64,000 bases of DNA, taken from the NCBI GenBank assembly GCA_963677495.2, contig CAXXOU010000004.1, forward strand, positions 896,001 to 960,000, given 5' to 3'. Below are positions 9,585 to 20,044 of this stretch, in pieces (the first letter of the stretch is position 1; every line of letters begins with the position of its first letter). The position numbers and the translations under genes are program-made. The DNA is from Candidatus Cloacimonadales bacterium. Its GTDB lineage: Bacteria; Cloacimonadota; Cloacimonadia; Cloacimonadales; JAFGVF01. The notes below the pieces were generated by a model. That model made no database searches. It was given only the letters and a program-made list of their open reading frames with translations, and was not told the DNA's origin.

Positions 9585-10604
9585 TCATCTCATGCAAATA
9601 TTGTACATCAAAGTTGTTAATAATATGTTTGACTTTGTGCTAATAGATTTAAGCTTTTTGTCGCAATCATACATTAGTGATAAAGCAGTTTTTATTTCAG
9701 TAGCACTATATCGATTCGCAGCATTAATCCTATCATTTCGAAACAATTTGTACACTTCATGCATATGATTTTCCATGATTTCATTATCTGATAGGTTCTT
9801 AGCACGTAGTGCATGAACTTTCCACAATGTTAGAAAGTATCGGGAGATCATTGTAATAATCATCACTGCTGAGTCATTAAGGTTTTCAAAGCTCTCAAGA
9901 ATCGAAACAGTTTGCCTTATATCTCTTCTACCTAAACTGTTTTGTAGATCGAAGACATTACTCTCATTTGAAATGGCAATACATTGCTTTACATCATTCA
10001 GAGTAATCATATTCTTCTTTCCGACATAAAGTAGTAGCTTTTCTAACTCATTATTAGCTGTGAAGTAATCCAGTTTAATGTGTGACGCTAGATACTGAAT
10101 TGCGGAAGAGTCAATACGCACCTGTTTATCTCTTAACTCATCTCTTATCCATCGAGCCAGACCGTCTGCATTATATGGTGTTTTACATTGTATAATAGTT
10201 GCATTAGCTTGAAACGCTTTGTATAATCTTGACCTTGCATCAATCTTTCGAGCAGTAACTATAAGAATAGTACTAAATGATGGTTCTTTTAGATAAGATA
10301 TAATAGATTCATGTTGATTAGTTTTTACCAGATCTATTTCCCGCACAACCACGACTCTGTTTTCAGCAATAAACGGCATTGTATCTGCTTGCTCTACAAT
10401 TTCAGAACCGGTGCACTCATCACCATGCAGAGTTACATAATCAAATTCCAAAGCTTGTTTAGTGAGGAATCTGTTCATAATCATTTTCATTATCCGCTCT
10501 TTAAGAAACTCCTCATCACCGGAAACTAGATATACTGATTGTGGTTCCGATTTTGGAAACTCACGAGTAAACTGATAGTGTGGTACTGCTTTTTTGCTAG
10601 CCAT
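9585..10604 (-). CDS. holA: DNA polymerase III delta subunit
   Basis: VYL.SGDEEFL, MPFIAENRVVVV, NELEKLLLY, NVFDL. Confidence 0.88.
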   Translation of the reverse strand: MASKKAVPHYQFTREFPKSEPQSVYLVSGDEEFLKERIMKMIMNRFLTKQALEFDYVTLHGDECTGSEIVEQADTMPFIAENRVVVVREIDLVKTNQHESIISYLKEPSFSTILIVTARKIDARSRLYKAFQANATIIQCKTPYNADGLARWIRDELRDKQVRIDSSAIQYLASHIKLDYFTANNELEKLLLYVGKKNMITLNDVKQCIAISNESNVFDLQNSLGRRDIRQTVSILESFENLNDSAVMIITMISRYFLTLWKVHALRAKNLSDNEIMENHMHEVYKLFRNDRINAANRYSATEIKTALSLMYDCDKKLKSISTKSNILLTTLMYNICMR

Positions 10605-11416
10605 TAGAAACCTGAAAGTACGAGTATTACGCTAACTAATGAAATTAACCAGCAATAATATGCAAAATATTTTAACTTACGCTTTCTTATTAGATTTAGA
10701 AGCATTGAGATAACAAGGTACCCACTAACAAAAGCACCAAGTCCACCAATTGAATAGCTCATAAGCATTGATTGGTCCAGTTGTAAAAATGCATCAAGGT
10801 TAAGAACAGCAGCACCTAAGATGGCTGGTATACTTAATAAGAATGAGAATCTTGCAGCTTCTGATCTCTTAACACCAATAAATAATGAGGTTGCAATAGT
10901 AGAACCAGATCTGGATATACCGGGTAAAATTGCCATTGATTGACTCAAACCTATAACGATTGCACGCCAAAATCCCATATCTGCTGTGTGGATATGGTCA
11001 AACCTAATTGTATCAGAGAGAAATATAATCAAACCGGTAACACTTAGAAGTCCTGCTACAATAACAGGTTTACTAAACATCTCTTCAAAGAAATCCTTAA
11101 AGAGAAAGCCAATTACACCAGTCACAACTGTACTTATAATCAAATAGAAAACGATCTTTCGATTGTTGACCTGTCTCTCAGGAAACTTTTCATTCTTAAT
11201 TGGAAAGAACGCCTGTGCCAACTCGAAGATATCTTTATAGAAGTATAGAATTACTGCAAGTAATGAACCAAGATGTAGAAATACTTCGAAAGAAGTATCA
11301 ATTGAGTTGATACCTAAGAAATGTTGTCCGAGAACCAGATGTCCTGAACTTGATATAGGGAGGAACTCAGTCAAGCCTTGTATTATCCCTAATAACAGTG
11401 ATTGCAATATATTCAT
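10604..11416 (-). CDS. uppP: Undecaprenyl-diphosphate phosphatase
   Basis: GIIQGLTEFLPISSSGHL, PGISRSGST. Confidence 0.96.
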   Translation of the reverse strand: MNILQSLLLGIIQGLTEFLPISSSGHLVLGQHFLGINSIDTSFEVFLHLGSLLAVILYFYKDIFELAQAFFPIKNEKFPERQVNNRKIVFYLIISTVVTGVIGFLFKDFFEEMFSKPVIVAGLLSVTGLIIFLSDTIRFDHIHTADMGFWRAIVIGLSQSMAILPGISRSGSTIATSLFIGVKRSEAARFSFLLSIPAILGAAVLNLDAFLQLDQSMLMSYSIGGLGAFVSGYLVISMLLNLIRKRKLKYFAYYCWLISLVSVILVLSGF

Positions 11417-11427
11417 TAAAAGCCCTT

Positions 11428-12702
11428 TTATAGTTTTGGTGACTGCATCGATTTTAAATCAGAAAGCCTATACAATGGATACCCATTCTTCGATGCGGTT
11501 ATTATGAATTTATTTAGATTAATCAAATCTTGTTTAGTTTTACAGTGATAATAGTATATTATTGATTTGGAACTATTGGAATTCAATGCTGTTATTATAT
11601 TAAAGCGTGCACCACTGGAACCAATTTTGCCATCTAGTGAATTCTCTTTCTCGAAGTACATCACATCCTTTTCAGCAGAAACAATTTCACTGACAGATTT
11701 AGAGGTTGTCTTTGCATCGATAAAATACATACCCTCTTTTCTAATGCAATCCAGCAGAGTTTCAATTATCTCGCGTTTTGCTGTAGCATGACTACCCATA
11801 TAGTTTGTTGCTCCAACACAGTCGGGGAGAAGTTGCATATAATCTTTAAACTTAGATTTAATCTCTCGTTTAGAGTCACTTACGAGTATAGAGTTTTTCC
11901 CGGCTTTGTATGGGTAACGACCAAGTGGTTCCATGGGCATTCTAATCAGACAAGGGAATCCGGCTTTACTGATTGCTTCATAATGCTGATGAGCAAACTT
12001 CTTTTCCGGTAAAAATGCTACCTGGAGATTCTTATTCATTGGAAGTAAACTCTTAACCATCTCAGCTTTTACATCCTCACCAAAAGTTGCCACTACTGCA
12101 ATTTTTGTTTTACCAGATGCCTGTTTCTCCAAAAATAGTACTAACGAGTGTTGCTTCTCATATCCTGACTTCGAGAATATAAGCTTCTGAGCCTGATACT
12201 TAACTCTGCGTTTGTAGAAGTAAGTCTCTACTCCGTTTACCATCTTGAAACCCTCTTTCTGCATTCTTCCCTTATAGAATATATTACAGAAGTAGAGATC
12301 CTCATTTTGTGCCGGTATCGGTATAAAATATTTTACTTCATTATCGGTTTTCTTAAACCAGATCTTCTCATTATCAACTGATATAGCTTTAGATAGCTTC
12401 TTAATTAAAGCAAGGACTTTCTCATCTTCACTAAGCTCTACTTTCGGTTTATCAAGCTCCGGTTTAGTTGGTTCAGTTTTCTGCTTTTCAACTCTTTTCT
12501 CCTTCTGTTGAGGGGCTGGAGTTGTTATATTTGAATCCTCTTTCTTAGGAGATGATTTAATTATGAAATTAATCAGATAGAACAATCCAACGATTACTGC
12601 TATAAGAAGTATAATCCTAATAATTGAAGCTAGTAATCCACCTTGTTTTTTCTTCTTAATACCTGATTTCTTTTTCTTTGTGCTCTTCTTTTTTTGCGGC
12701 AT
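11428..12702 (-). CDS. Membrane-anchored divergent polysaccharide deacetylase family protein (YibQ-like)
   Basis: Lys-rich N-terminus plus TM helix; MPMEP, G.TNYMGS.AT, YFIDAKT motifs. Confidence 0.7.
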   Translation of the reverse strand: MPQKKKSTKKKKSGIKKKKQGGLLASIIRIILLIAVIVGLFYLINFIIKSSPKKEDSNITTPAPQQKEKRVEKQKTEPTKPELDKPKVELSEDEKVLALIKKLSKAISVDNEKIWFKKTDNEVKYFIPIPAQNEDLYFCNIFYKGRMQKEGFKMVNGVETYFYKRRVKYQAQKLIFSKSGYEKQHSLVLFLEKQASGKTKIAVVATFGEDVKAEMVKSLLPMNKNLQVAFLPEKKFAHQHYEAISKAGFPCLIRMPMEPLGRYPYKAGKNSILVSDSKREIKSKFKDYMQLLPDCVGATNYMGSHATAKREIIETLLDCIRKEGMYFIDAKTTSKSVSEIVSAEKDVMYFEKENSLDGKIGSSGARFNIITALNSNSSKSIIYYYHCKTKQDLINLNKFIITASKNGYPLYRLSDLKSMQSPKL

Positions 12703-12830
12703 TTTCCACCCGTTCATTTAAGTAAGTAACGAATATCTCATGAATGTTGGAAGTCAAGAATAAATCAGACTAATCTTGCTAGCTCCCCTTACATTTGATA
12801 ATAATATTATTGTATGGCACACCTCAACTG

Positions 12831-12994
12831 CTATTCTCCTTCATCTCCCGGCAGTAATAGATGCTTTTAGTTTGGTTGTAACTTACTAATAAATTGGTCA
12901 CTTCTTGGTAATTAGGCCAAGGATTGACCAAGTGTTTGCCAAGGGTTGACCAAGTGTTTCGCAGGAATTACTGCCGGGAGATGAAGGAGAATAG
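12831..12994. repeat. 11-bp-phased inverted array, CCAAG type, with perfect 28-bp terminal inverted repeats (copy B)
   Basis: TIR 12831-12858 / 12967-12994; ttgg-like at 12872, 12883, 12894, 12905; ccaag at 12917, 12928, 12939, 12950. Confidence 0.92.
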
Positions 12995-13035
12995 TAGAGG
13001 AGTTGTTGCATTACAAATAGTAGTATTGTAAGATT

Positions 13036-14987
13036 ATCAAATTAGCTCTGAAGGAGAGAATTTAAAATATATCTGAATGAGCAAATGCTTTGAAGCTCTG
13101 AAAGAGCGACTGTTTAATAGCCCCATGCCTTGGCATGGGGTCACTTATCCTATCACGATTCTTAGTCCTGTAGGGGCGTAAGACAATAACTTAATGTCTG
13201 TGATTTGGTGTTTAAGATTCCTACGCCCCTTCAGGGCTGAAATGTTTTCTGGGATTGTAACCACACGCCGAAGCGTGTGGCTAATGAACCTACGCTACTT
13301 CGTAGCTAAAACATTTGCTTTAATACCTACATAATGATACATTGTAACAATCAATTGATTCCTGCAAACAAACTTTTGTGCTAATCAAATTAGCTCTGAA
13401 GGAGAAAATTAAATTATATCTGAATGAGCAAACGCTTTGAAGCTCTGAAAGAGCGACCGTTTAATAGCCCCATGCCTTAGCATGGGGTCACTTATCCTAT
13501 CACGATTCTTAGCCCTGTAGGGGCGTAAGACAATAACTTAATGTCTGTGATTTGGTGTTTAAGATTCCTACGCCCCTTCAGGGCTGAAATGTTTTATGGG
13601 ATTGTAACCACATGCCGAAGCGTGTGGCTAATGAACCTACGCTACTTCGTAGCTAAATAAGATTTGGTTTAATACCAACATAATGTTACATGTAACAATC
13701 AATGGATTCCTGTAAACAAACCTGTTTTCTAAACAAATTAGCTCTGAAAAAGCGAACGTAAGATATATCTGAAAGAGCAAACACTTTAAAGCTCTGAAAG
13801 AGCGATTGTTTAATAGCCCCATGCCTTGGCATGGGGTTAAGTTTAAAAACAACATGTAGCCCTATATGGGCGAAAGATACACCAAACGATCTTATGTCGC
13901 GTTTAGATATTCCTACGCCCCTTCAGGGCTGAAATGTTTTCTGGGATTGTAACCACACGCCGAAGCGTGTGGCTAATGAACCTACGCTACTTCGTAGCTA
14001 AAACATTTGCTTTATTACCTACATATTGATACATTGTAACAATTAATTGATTCTGGTAAACAAACCTGTGTGCTAATCAAATTAGCTCTGAAAGAGCGAC
14101 CGTTTAATAGCCCCATGCCTTGGCATGGGGTCACTGTCTTACCACGATTTGTAGCCCTGGAAGGGCGTAACTTTAAGGTTGCAAAATACTTAAAATTTGT
14201 TATCATATTAAAAAGTCTGTAGGAGGATTAAATATGTCAACATTCACACAACTTATCTATCACATAGTTTTCTCAACAAAAAACAGAATGCGTTCATTGG
14301 AACTACAACATAAAGAAAGATTTCTTTCCTATATTTGTGGTGTAATTAAAAACGATAAATCCCATGTCTATCAAATCAATATGGTAGAAGATCATATCCA
14401 TATTTTGTGCTCTATTCACTGTCAAACCAATGTCTCTGAGTTTGTCAGACATATTAAGAATGCGACCAATACTTTCAACAAAAGAGAGAAGTTGTTTCCG
14501 ATGTTTGAGGGTTGGCAAAAAGGGTATGGAGCATTTACTGTGAACTGGAAAGAGAAACACCGTTTAGTTGAATATATCAAGAATCAGGAAGACCACCACA
14601 AGCGATATGACTTTATAACTGAGTATAAGCGAATGTTAAAGGATTTTGGTGTATGTTATGAGGAGAAGTATCTTTAATCCTACGCCCCTATAGGGCTAAA
14701 ATGCATTCTGGGATTGTAACCACACGCCGAAGCGTGTGGCTATTGAACATGCGCTACTTCGTAGCTAAAGTTTAGCTCTGAAAGAGCGATTGTTTATTAG
14801 CCCCATGCCTTGGCATGGGGTTAAGTTTCAAAACAGCATGTAGCCCTATATGGGCGAAAGATACACCAAAACAACCTTGTAGCTCGTTTGAATATTATTC
14901 CTGCGCCCCTTCAGGGCTGAATCTTTTTTTGGGATCGTTACCACACGCCAAAGCGTGTGGCTATTGAACCTACGCTACTACGTAGCT
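13036..14987. mobile_element. REP/REPIN-like multi-hairpin array (5 units) containing a Y1 transposase gene (RAYT-like locus)
   Basis: Units start ~13036, 13384, 13732, 14076 and ~14773 (first periods ~345-350 bp); each has gctctgaaagagc, ccccatgccttggcatgggg, gccct..gggc, cgccccttcagggc, ccacacgccgaagcgtgtgg and gctacttcgtagc hairpins. Confidence 0.88.
14234..14677 (+). CDS. tnpA: IS200/IS605-family (Y1, HUH) transposase, REP-associated type; no tnpB
   Basis: YHIVFSTKNR, DHIH (HUH), WQKGYGAFTV, YIKNQ..HH; AGGAGG RBS. Confidence 0.93.
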   Translation: MSTFTQLIYHIVFSTKNRMRSLELQHKERFLSYICGVIKNDKSHVYQINMVEDHIHILCSIHCQTNVSEFVRHIKNATNTFNKREKLFPMFEGWQKGYGAFTVNWKEKHRLVEYIKNQEDHHKRYDFITEYKRMLKDFGVCYEEKYL

Positions 14988-15093
14988 TAAAAAAAGCAAA
15001 TTCCAACACTGTTATATTATCTCTCGATTAAGAAAGGTAAGTTGTAGGCTTTATTGAAATAAGCTACAACCTTTCTCCTTGTTTCATCTTTCT

Positions 15094-15158
15094 TTTTACA
15101 TTCCTCATCTTGCATCTTGCATTTTACATTCCTCATCTTGCATCTTGCATTTTACATT
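15094..15158. repeat. 28-bp tandem repeat built from heptamers
   Basis: (ttttacattcctcatcttgcatcttgca)x2 + ttttacatt. Confidence 0.85.
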
Positions 15159-15165
15159 TGCCTTC

Positions 15166-15303
15166 CCCACATACGCCCATTCAATTAAAATACGACAAAT
15201 TTATAATAGTTATCCACAACTTGTGACTAACTTGATGCTTTGATCAAGAGAGTATCAAGAGAGTATCAGGTGAGTATCAAGAATTGAATGGGGATAAGAT
15301 GGG
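15166..15303. repeat. 11-bp-phased inverted array, TCAAG type (copy C)
   Basis: IR cccattcaatt / aattgaatggg; cttg at 15220, 15231; atcaag/atcagg at 15243, 15254, 15265, 15276. Confidence 0.8.
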
Positions 15304-15396
15304 ATGATGATATGAAAAATAATGCTTTATGTAAGAAAAAGCTTGCAATATAATTGTATTCTATATTAAAATTGCCTTAGATCTTAAGGAGGAACT

Positions 15397-16803
15397 ATGA
15401 AAAAGATAATTCTAATAATGGCAATAGCATTAGTGATAATCTCAATGTACGCTGTAGATTATCAAATAAACTGTAGGGATGACCTTGAATTAGTTGTTAT
15501 ACATGGTAGTGAGACAGATGCTGTCTTTCATCTGAATACTGATATTCAATTTGCTGAAAGGTTTAGCATCCCAATGCTTTGTGGGACTTTCGAAGGACAT
15601 AATTATACAATCAGAAATTTATACTCTCAAAACAGTGGTGATTCTCGCCTAGGATTCATTAATCACGTTAGTGGTGGTACTATTCGAGATTTAAACATGG
15701 TTGATGGATATTCCCATGGGTATAGTGCGATTGGACTACTCGGTGGATATGTTGAGAATAGCTATATAGAGAATTGTCATGTAGAAGGGTTAGTTAGTGG
15801 ATACGAAAGGAATAACTATAATGGTCATTATCCTGATGTAGATGATTATGAAGGCGGTCACTCTATTGGTGGTCTTATTGGTTCTCTAAGAGCTTCTACA
15901 ATTATTAACTGTAGCTCTGATGTAACAGCACTTGGATCTTATGATATTGGTGGATTAGTGGGAAAATCATTTTATAGTGATATCTACAATAGCTTCTCTG
16001 ATAGCTCAATACTCACCACACGAAACCGTAGAGTCGGAGGAGCATTTATAGGTATATTCAAATATGGAGAAGTACGTGATTGTTATTCTACTCTTACATT
16101 AATAGCTCCGCATGGAGAATATAACAGTAATCCAAGAAACTCTTTCATATATTCTATTGAAGACAGTAGTATTTACAATTGCTATGGTTTGATATCCCCT
16201 GACAGTCCAAGTGCTAGTTGCGACTATTTCATTGTTTACGCAAGTGATTTAAATGTAAGAAATTCCGTCCACACGAGGTTAGTTGGAACCAACTCAATCT
16301 ATTCTACACATGGAATTAATTCTTTTATCAATTTGGTTGGAGCACAAATAGATGAGATGCAAGATCTCACGACTTACCTAGACATAGGCTGGGATTTTGT
16401 TGATGAAGATATGAATGGTACAGATGATATCTGGTCAATAAATCCGGATATAAATGATGGGTTCCCTTATTTAACAGATCTTGAATATATGGTGCCTAAT
16501 CTGGAGAATATCAATCCATCAGTTGTTAGTACTATAAAGCTATTTAATGCATATCCAAATCCATTCCAAACTTCTACTGAAATTAGTTTCAAAGTGGATC
16601 AGATGGATGAAGCTACCATCGAAATATACAACATAAAAGGTCAGTTAGTTAAGTCTTATCCAACTTTCGGTAAGGGGAAACATCATATTTCCTGGGATGG
16701 ATTTAATACAAATAGAACGAGATGTACTTCGGGTGTTTACTTTTATCGATTGATTTCTAGTAATTCATCAATCACAAAGAAGATGGTTCTTCTAAAAGAA
16801 TAG
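15397..16803 (+). CDS. Secreted GLUG-repeat protein with FlgD-Ig/T9SS-like C-terminal domain
   Basis: Signal peptide; IGGLIG/IGGLVG repeats; NAYPNPF...IYNIKGQ.V...WDG...SGVYFY...KKMVLLK. Confidence 0.8.
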   Translation: MKKIILIMAIALVIISMYAVDYQINCRDDLELVVIHGSETDAVFHLNTDIQFAERFSIPMLCGTFEGHNYTIRNLYSQNSGDSRLGFINHVSGGTIRDLNMVDGYSHGYSAIGLLGGYVENSYIENCHVEGLVSGYERNNYNGHYPDVDDYEGGHSIGGLIGSLRASTIINCSSDVTALGSYDIGGLVGKSFYSDIYNSFSDSSILTTRNRRVGGAFIGIFKYGEVRDCYSTLTLIAPHGEYNSNPRNSFIYSIEDSSIYNCYGLISPDSPSASCDYFIVYASDLNVRNSVHTRLVGTNSIYSTHGINSFINLVGAQIDEMQDLTTYLDIGWDFVDEDMNGTDDIWSINPDINDGFPYLTDLEYMVPNLENINPSVVSTIKLFNAYPNPFQTSTEISFKVDQMDEATIEIYNIKGQLVKSYPTFGKGKHHISWDGFNTNRTRCTSGVYFYRLISSNSSITKKMVLLKE

Positions 16804-16876
16804 AAGGTAAACACATTCTAATTGACAAATAAGAGCATAACATCCTAATAACAACAAAAGAAAAATTAAGAGGTGA

Positions 16877-17713
<837 letters not shown>

Positions 17714-17717
17714 TTAA

Positions 17718-17762
17718 TAAGCTATAAGCTATAAGCTATAAGCTATAGGCTATAAGCTATAA
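17718..17762. repeat. Heptamer tandem repeat (TAAGCTA)x6
   Basis: taagcta x4, taggcta, taagcta directly after the kce stop. Confidence 0.9.
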
Positions 17763-17773
17763 ATTGAACAAAT

Positions 17774-17805
17774 ACCCACCTTGCTCAGATGAGTGGGTGG
17801 GTTTT
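17774..17805 (+). terminator. Intrinsic terminator
   Basis: acccacc..gctc-agat-gagt.ggtgggt followed by T-run. Confidence 0.6.
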
Positions 17806-17815
17806 GTTTTTAAAA

Positions 17816-17870
17816 GACCCCTCACCCGACATCTGAGTGGATGTCGACCTCTCCCCAAAGGGGCGAGGTT
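17816..17870. repeat. Solitary two-hairpin REP-like element
   Basis: cccctcacc-cgacatc..gatgtcg-acctctcccc-aaa-ggggcgaggt; architecture like the DUF559-associated repeats. Confidence 0.65.
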
Positions 17871-17890
17871 TACAGTTTAAGGAGCAAGCT

Positions 17891-18739
17891 ATGAAGTATT
17901 TGATTGTAGGAGCAAATGGAGCATTGGCACAGTACTTTCTCAAAGATGAAAGATTCTCTGATAACGTCGCTTTAACACATGAAGAACTGGATATTACTGA
18001 TGATGAGATGATTGCTGATGCAATAGAAAAGCATAAACCGAATGTTGTTATTAACTGTGCAGCTTTATCTAATATACACGCTTGCGAAGAGAATCCAGGT
18101 TCCGCAATGCTGGTAAATTGTCTTGGACCAACCCTAATAGCAAAAGCAACAAAGGATAAGGGAATAAAGCTTGTACATTTTAGTACAGCCAGTGTTTTCA
18201 ATGGAAAGGGTGATGGACTTTTCTCAGAAAAAGATATTCCCCGTGCTGAGTATGCATATGCAAGTACAAAAGGGATGGGTGAAGCCGGTATAATGCTTGA
18301 AGGAGACAAGAAAGACCTAATAGTTAGAATCTCCTGGGTATTTGGTGTTACCAGCAAAAGCTTTGTATCAAGAATCCCGAAATTAGTTAAAAGCAATACT
18401 GAGCTCTACGTGAATAATGAACAGATTGCAAAAGCTACTTATGCTAAAGATGTTGTTGATGCTACCTTTAAGATGATTGAAACTGATAAGAAAGGTGTTT
18501 GGCACTTCACTAACTCCGGTGAAACCACACGTTATGAAATAACCGAGTTCGTTAGAAAAGAGTTTGGTATTGACGAATTAGAGGTATATCCTGTTAAGTG
18601 CGATTACTTTGTAGAGAAGATAAAGCAACCGAAGCGAAATGCTTTGGATATAACAAGATATGAAGAACGATTTGGAAAGGTTCGTTCCTGGCAAGATGCC
18701 TACAAAGAGTATTTGGAAGAATTAAAGACAACACAATAA
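17891..18739 (+). CDS. dTDP-4-dehydrorhamnose reductase (RfbD/RmlD)-like SDR
   Basis: GANGAL, VINCAA, ST..VF.G, Y..TK; ATG 17891 after GGAG. Confidence 0.8.
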   Translation: MKYLIVGANGALAQYFLKDERFSDNVALTHEELDITDDEMIADAIEKHKPNVVINCAALSNIHACEENPGSAMLVNCLGPTLIAKATKDKGIKLVHFSTASVFNGKGDGLFSEKDIPRAEYAYASTKGMGEAGIMLEGDKKDLIVRISWVFGVTSKSFVSRIPKLVKSNTELYVNNEQIAKATYAKDVVDATFKMIETDKKGVWHFTNSGETTRYEITEFVRKEFGIDELEVYPVKCDYFVEKIKQPKRNALDITRYEERFGKVRSWQDAYKEYLEELKTTQ

Positions 18740-18751
18740 AGGTGGAAAGTA

Positions 18752-20044
18752 TTGGCAGTAAGAATACACTCGATAGCTGAAGGTTCCCTGGCAGATAGAG
18801 CCGGAATAGTTGCAGGGAGTTTGGTTTTATCCCTGAATGGACATGTGATTCATAACTTCCTGGAGTTACAATACTATTCTGCTGAACAGATTTTAGCCTA
18901 CAAACTCAGACTACCAAATGGGGAAGAGGTAACAAAGCGAGTCTTTCAGGATTGGGTAACTGAACTCGGTATAACTCCTGCTGAACATCGCTGTCGCGAC
19001 TGTGCCAATAACTGTATTTTCTGTTTTATAGATCAGATGCCTACAGGTTTTAGACCTACACTCAATATCAAAGATGATGATTATACTTTCAGCTTTGTTT
19101 ATGGTAACTATGTCACTCTTACTAATATGAGTGAATATGACTTTAAGCAGATTGTTGAGATGCAATTGTCTCCACTTTATATCTCTGTACATACAACCAA
19201 CTCAGAACTTCGTAAGCGTATGATGCGTTACAAACAGGACTTCGATATTTTGGAGAAGCTACGTTACTTTACTGATCATGATATAATAATGGAAACACAG
19301 ATTGTTACGGTTCCAGGATGGAATGATGGTGAAGAGCTAAGAAAGACACTGAACGATCTTTGTAGTCCTGACTTAAACATTGAGTCTATCGGTGTTGTGC
19401 CTGTCGGACTTACGAAGTATAGGGATAATCTTGCTGACCTTAGACCTGTAAACAAAGCAGAAGCGATTGCTACTTTAGAGCTTTGCGATGAGATGCGTGA
19501 GAAGTATGATAAAGACAATATATATTGCTCTGATGAGTTCTATATAAAAGCTGAAATGCCAATTCCTGAAGAGGAATATTATAATGGTTATCCTCAGATA
19601 GAGAACGGTATTGGAATGATAAGGTTAATGCTTGAGAACTGGCAGATGAACAAACCTGAGAAAATGGAAGAACTTAAACCGGATGAGAGAAAGCTTCTCT
19701 TTGTAACTGCAGAGTTAGCGTATCCTTTTGTAAAACAGATAGTCGATGATATTAACGAAGAGTGCAAGAATGCTGTTAGGATAGTGGCAGTGAAGAATGA
19801 GTTCTTTGGAGATACAGTAACAGTTGCAGGTTTGCTCACAGCTAATGATGTTTTAACTCAAATTGAATTGACAGATGGGGAGATACCTGTTCTTCCTGCA
19901 ACAATGTTCTCTGCCGATGCGTTAACTATTGATAATAAGCGCAAAGAGGACTTTGAAGAGTACTGGAAAAGAGAAGTTATAGTTCTTGATTCATTACTCG
20001 AAATAGAAAACTACGATGAAGGAATAGAATGCTGTGAAGTATGA
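18752..20044 (+). CDS. PDZ + radical SAM DUF512 protein
   Basis: CANNCIFC, KDDDY..SF.YGNY.TLTN, VVPVGLTKYR, QIENGIG, VAGLLT. Confidence 0.9.
   Translation: MAVRIHSIAEGSLADRAGIVAGSLVLSLNGHVIHNFLELQYYSAEQILAYKLRLPNGEEVTKRVFQDWVTELGITPAEHRCRDCANNCIFCFIDQMPTGFRPTLNIKDDDYTFSFVYGNYVTLTNMSEYDFKQIVEMQLSPLYISVHTTNSELRKRMMRYKQDFDILEKLRYFTDHDIIMETQIVTVPGWNDGEELRKTLNDLCSPDLNIESIGVVPVGLTKYRDNLADLRPVNKAEAIATLELCDEMREKYDKDNIYCSDEFYIKAEMPIPEEEYYNGYPQIENGIGMIRLMLENWQMNKPEKMEELKPDERKLLFVTAELAYPFVKQIVDDINEECKNAVRIVAVKNEFFGDTVTVAGLLTANDVLTQIELTDGEIPVLPATMFSADALTIDNKRKEDFEEYWKREVIVLDSLLEIENYDEGIECCEV

Noticed and set aside
13637..14206. Minus-strand ORFs of 72 and 63 aa
   Set aside because: Translations of the repeat units; no RBS or protein-like features.
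13036..14987. CRISPR array
   Set aside because: Units are ~350 bp multi-hairpin repeats, two spacers are identical, and no cas genes are present; REP/Y1 transposase explains it better.
15210..15218. Perfect DnaA box TTATCCACA / possible oriC
   Set aside because: Single intergenic box, no cluster and no dnaA/dnaN nearby.
17785..18396. 203-aa antisense ORF and similar antisense ORFs (25391, 28048, 41705, 49386, 61483)
   Set aside because: Fully overlap well-supported genes on the opposite strand and have no recognisable motifs.
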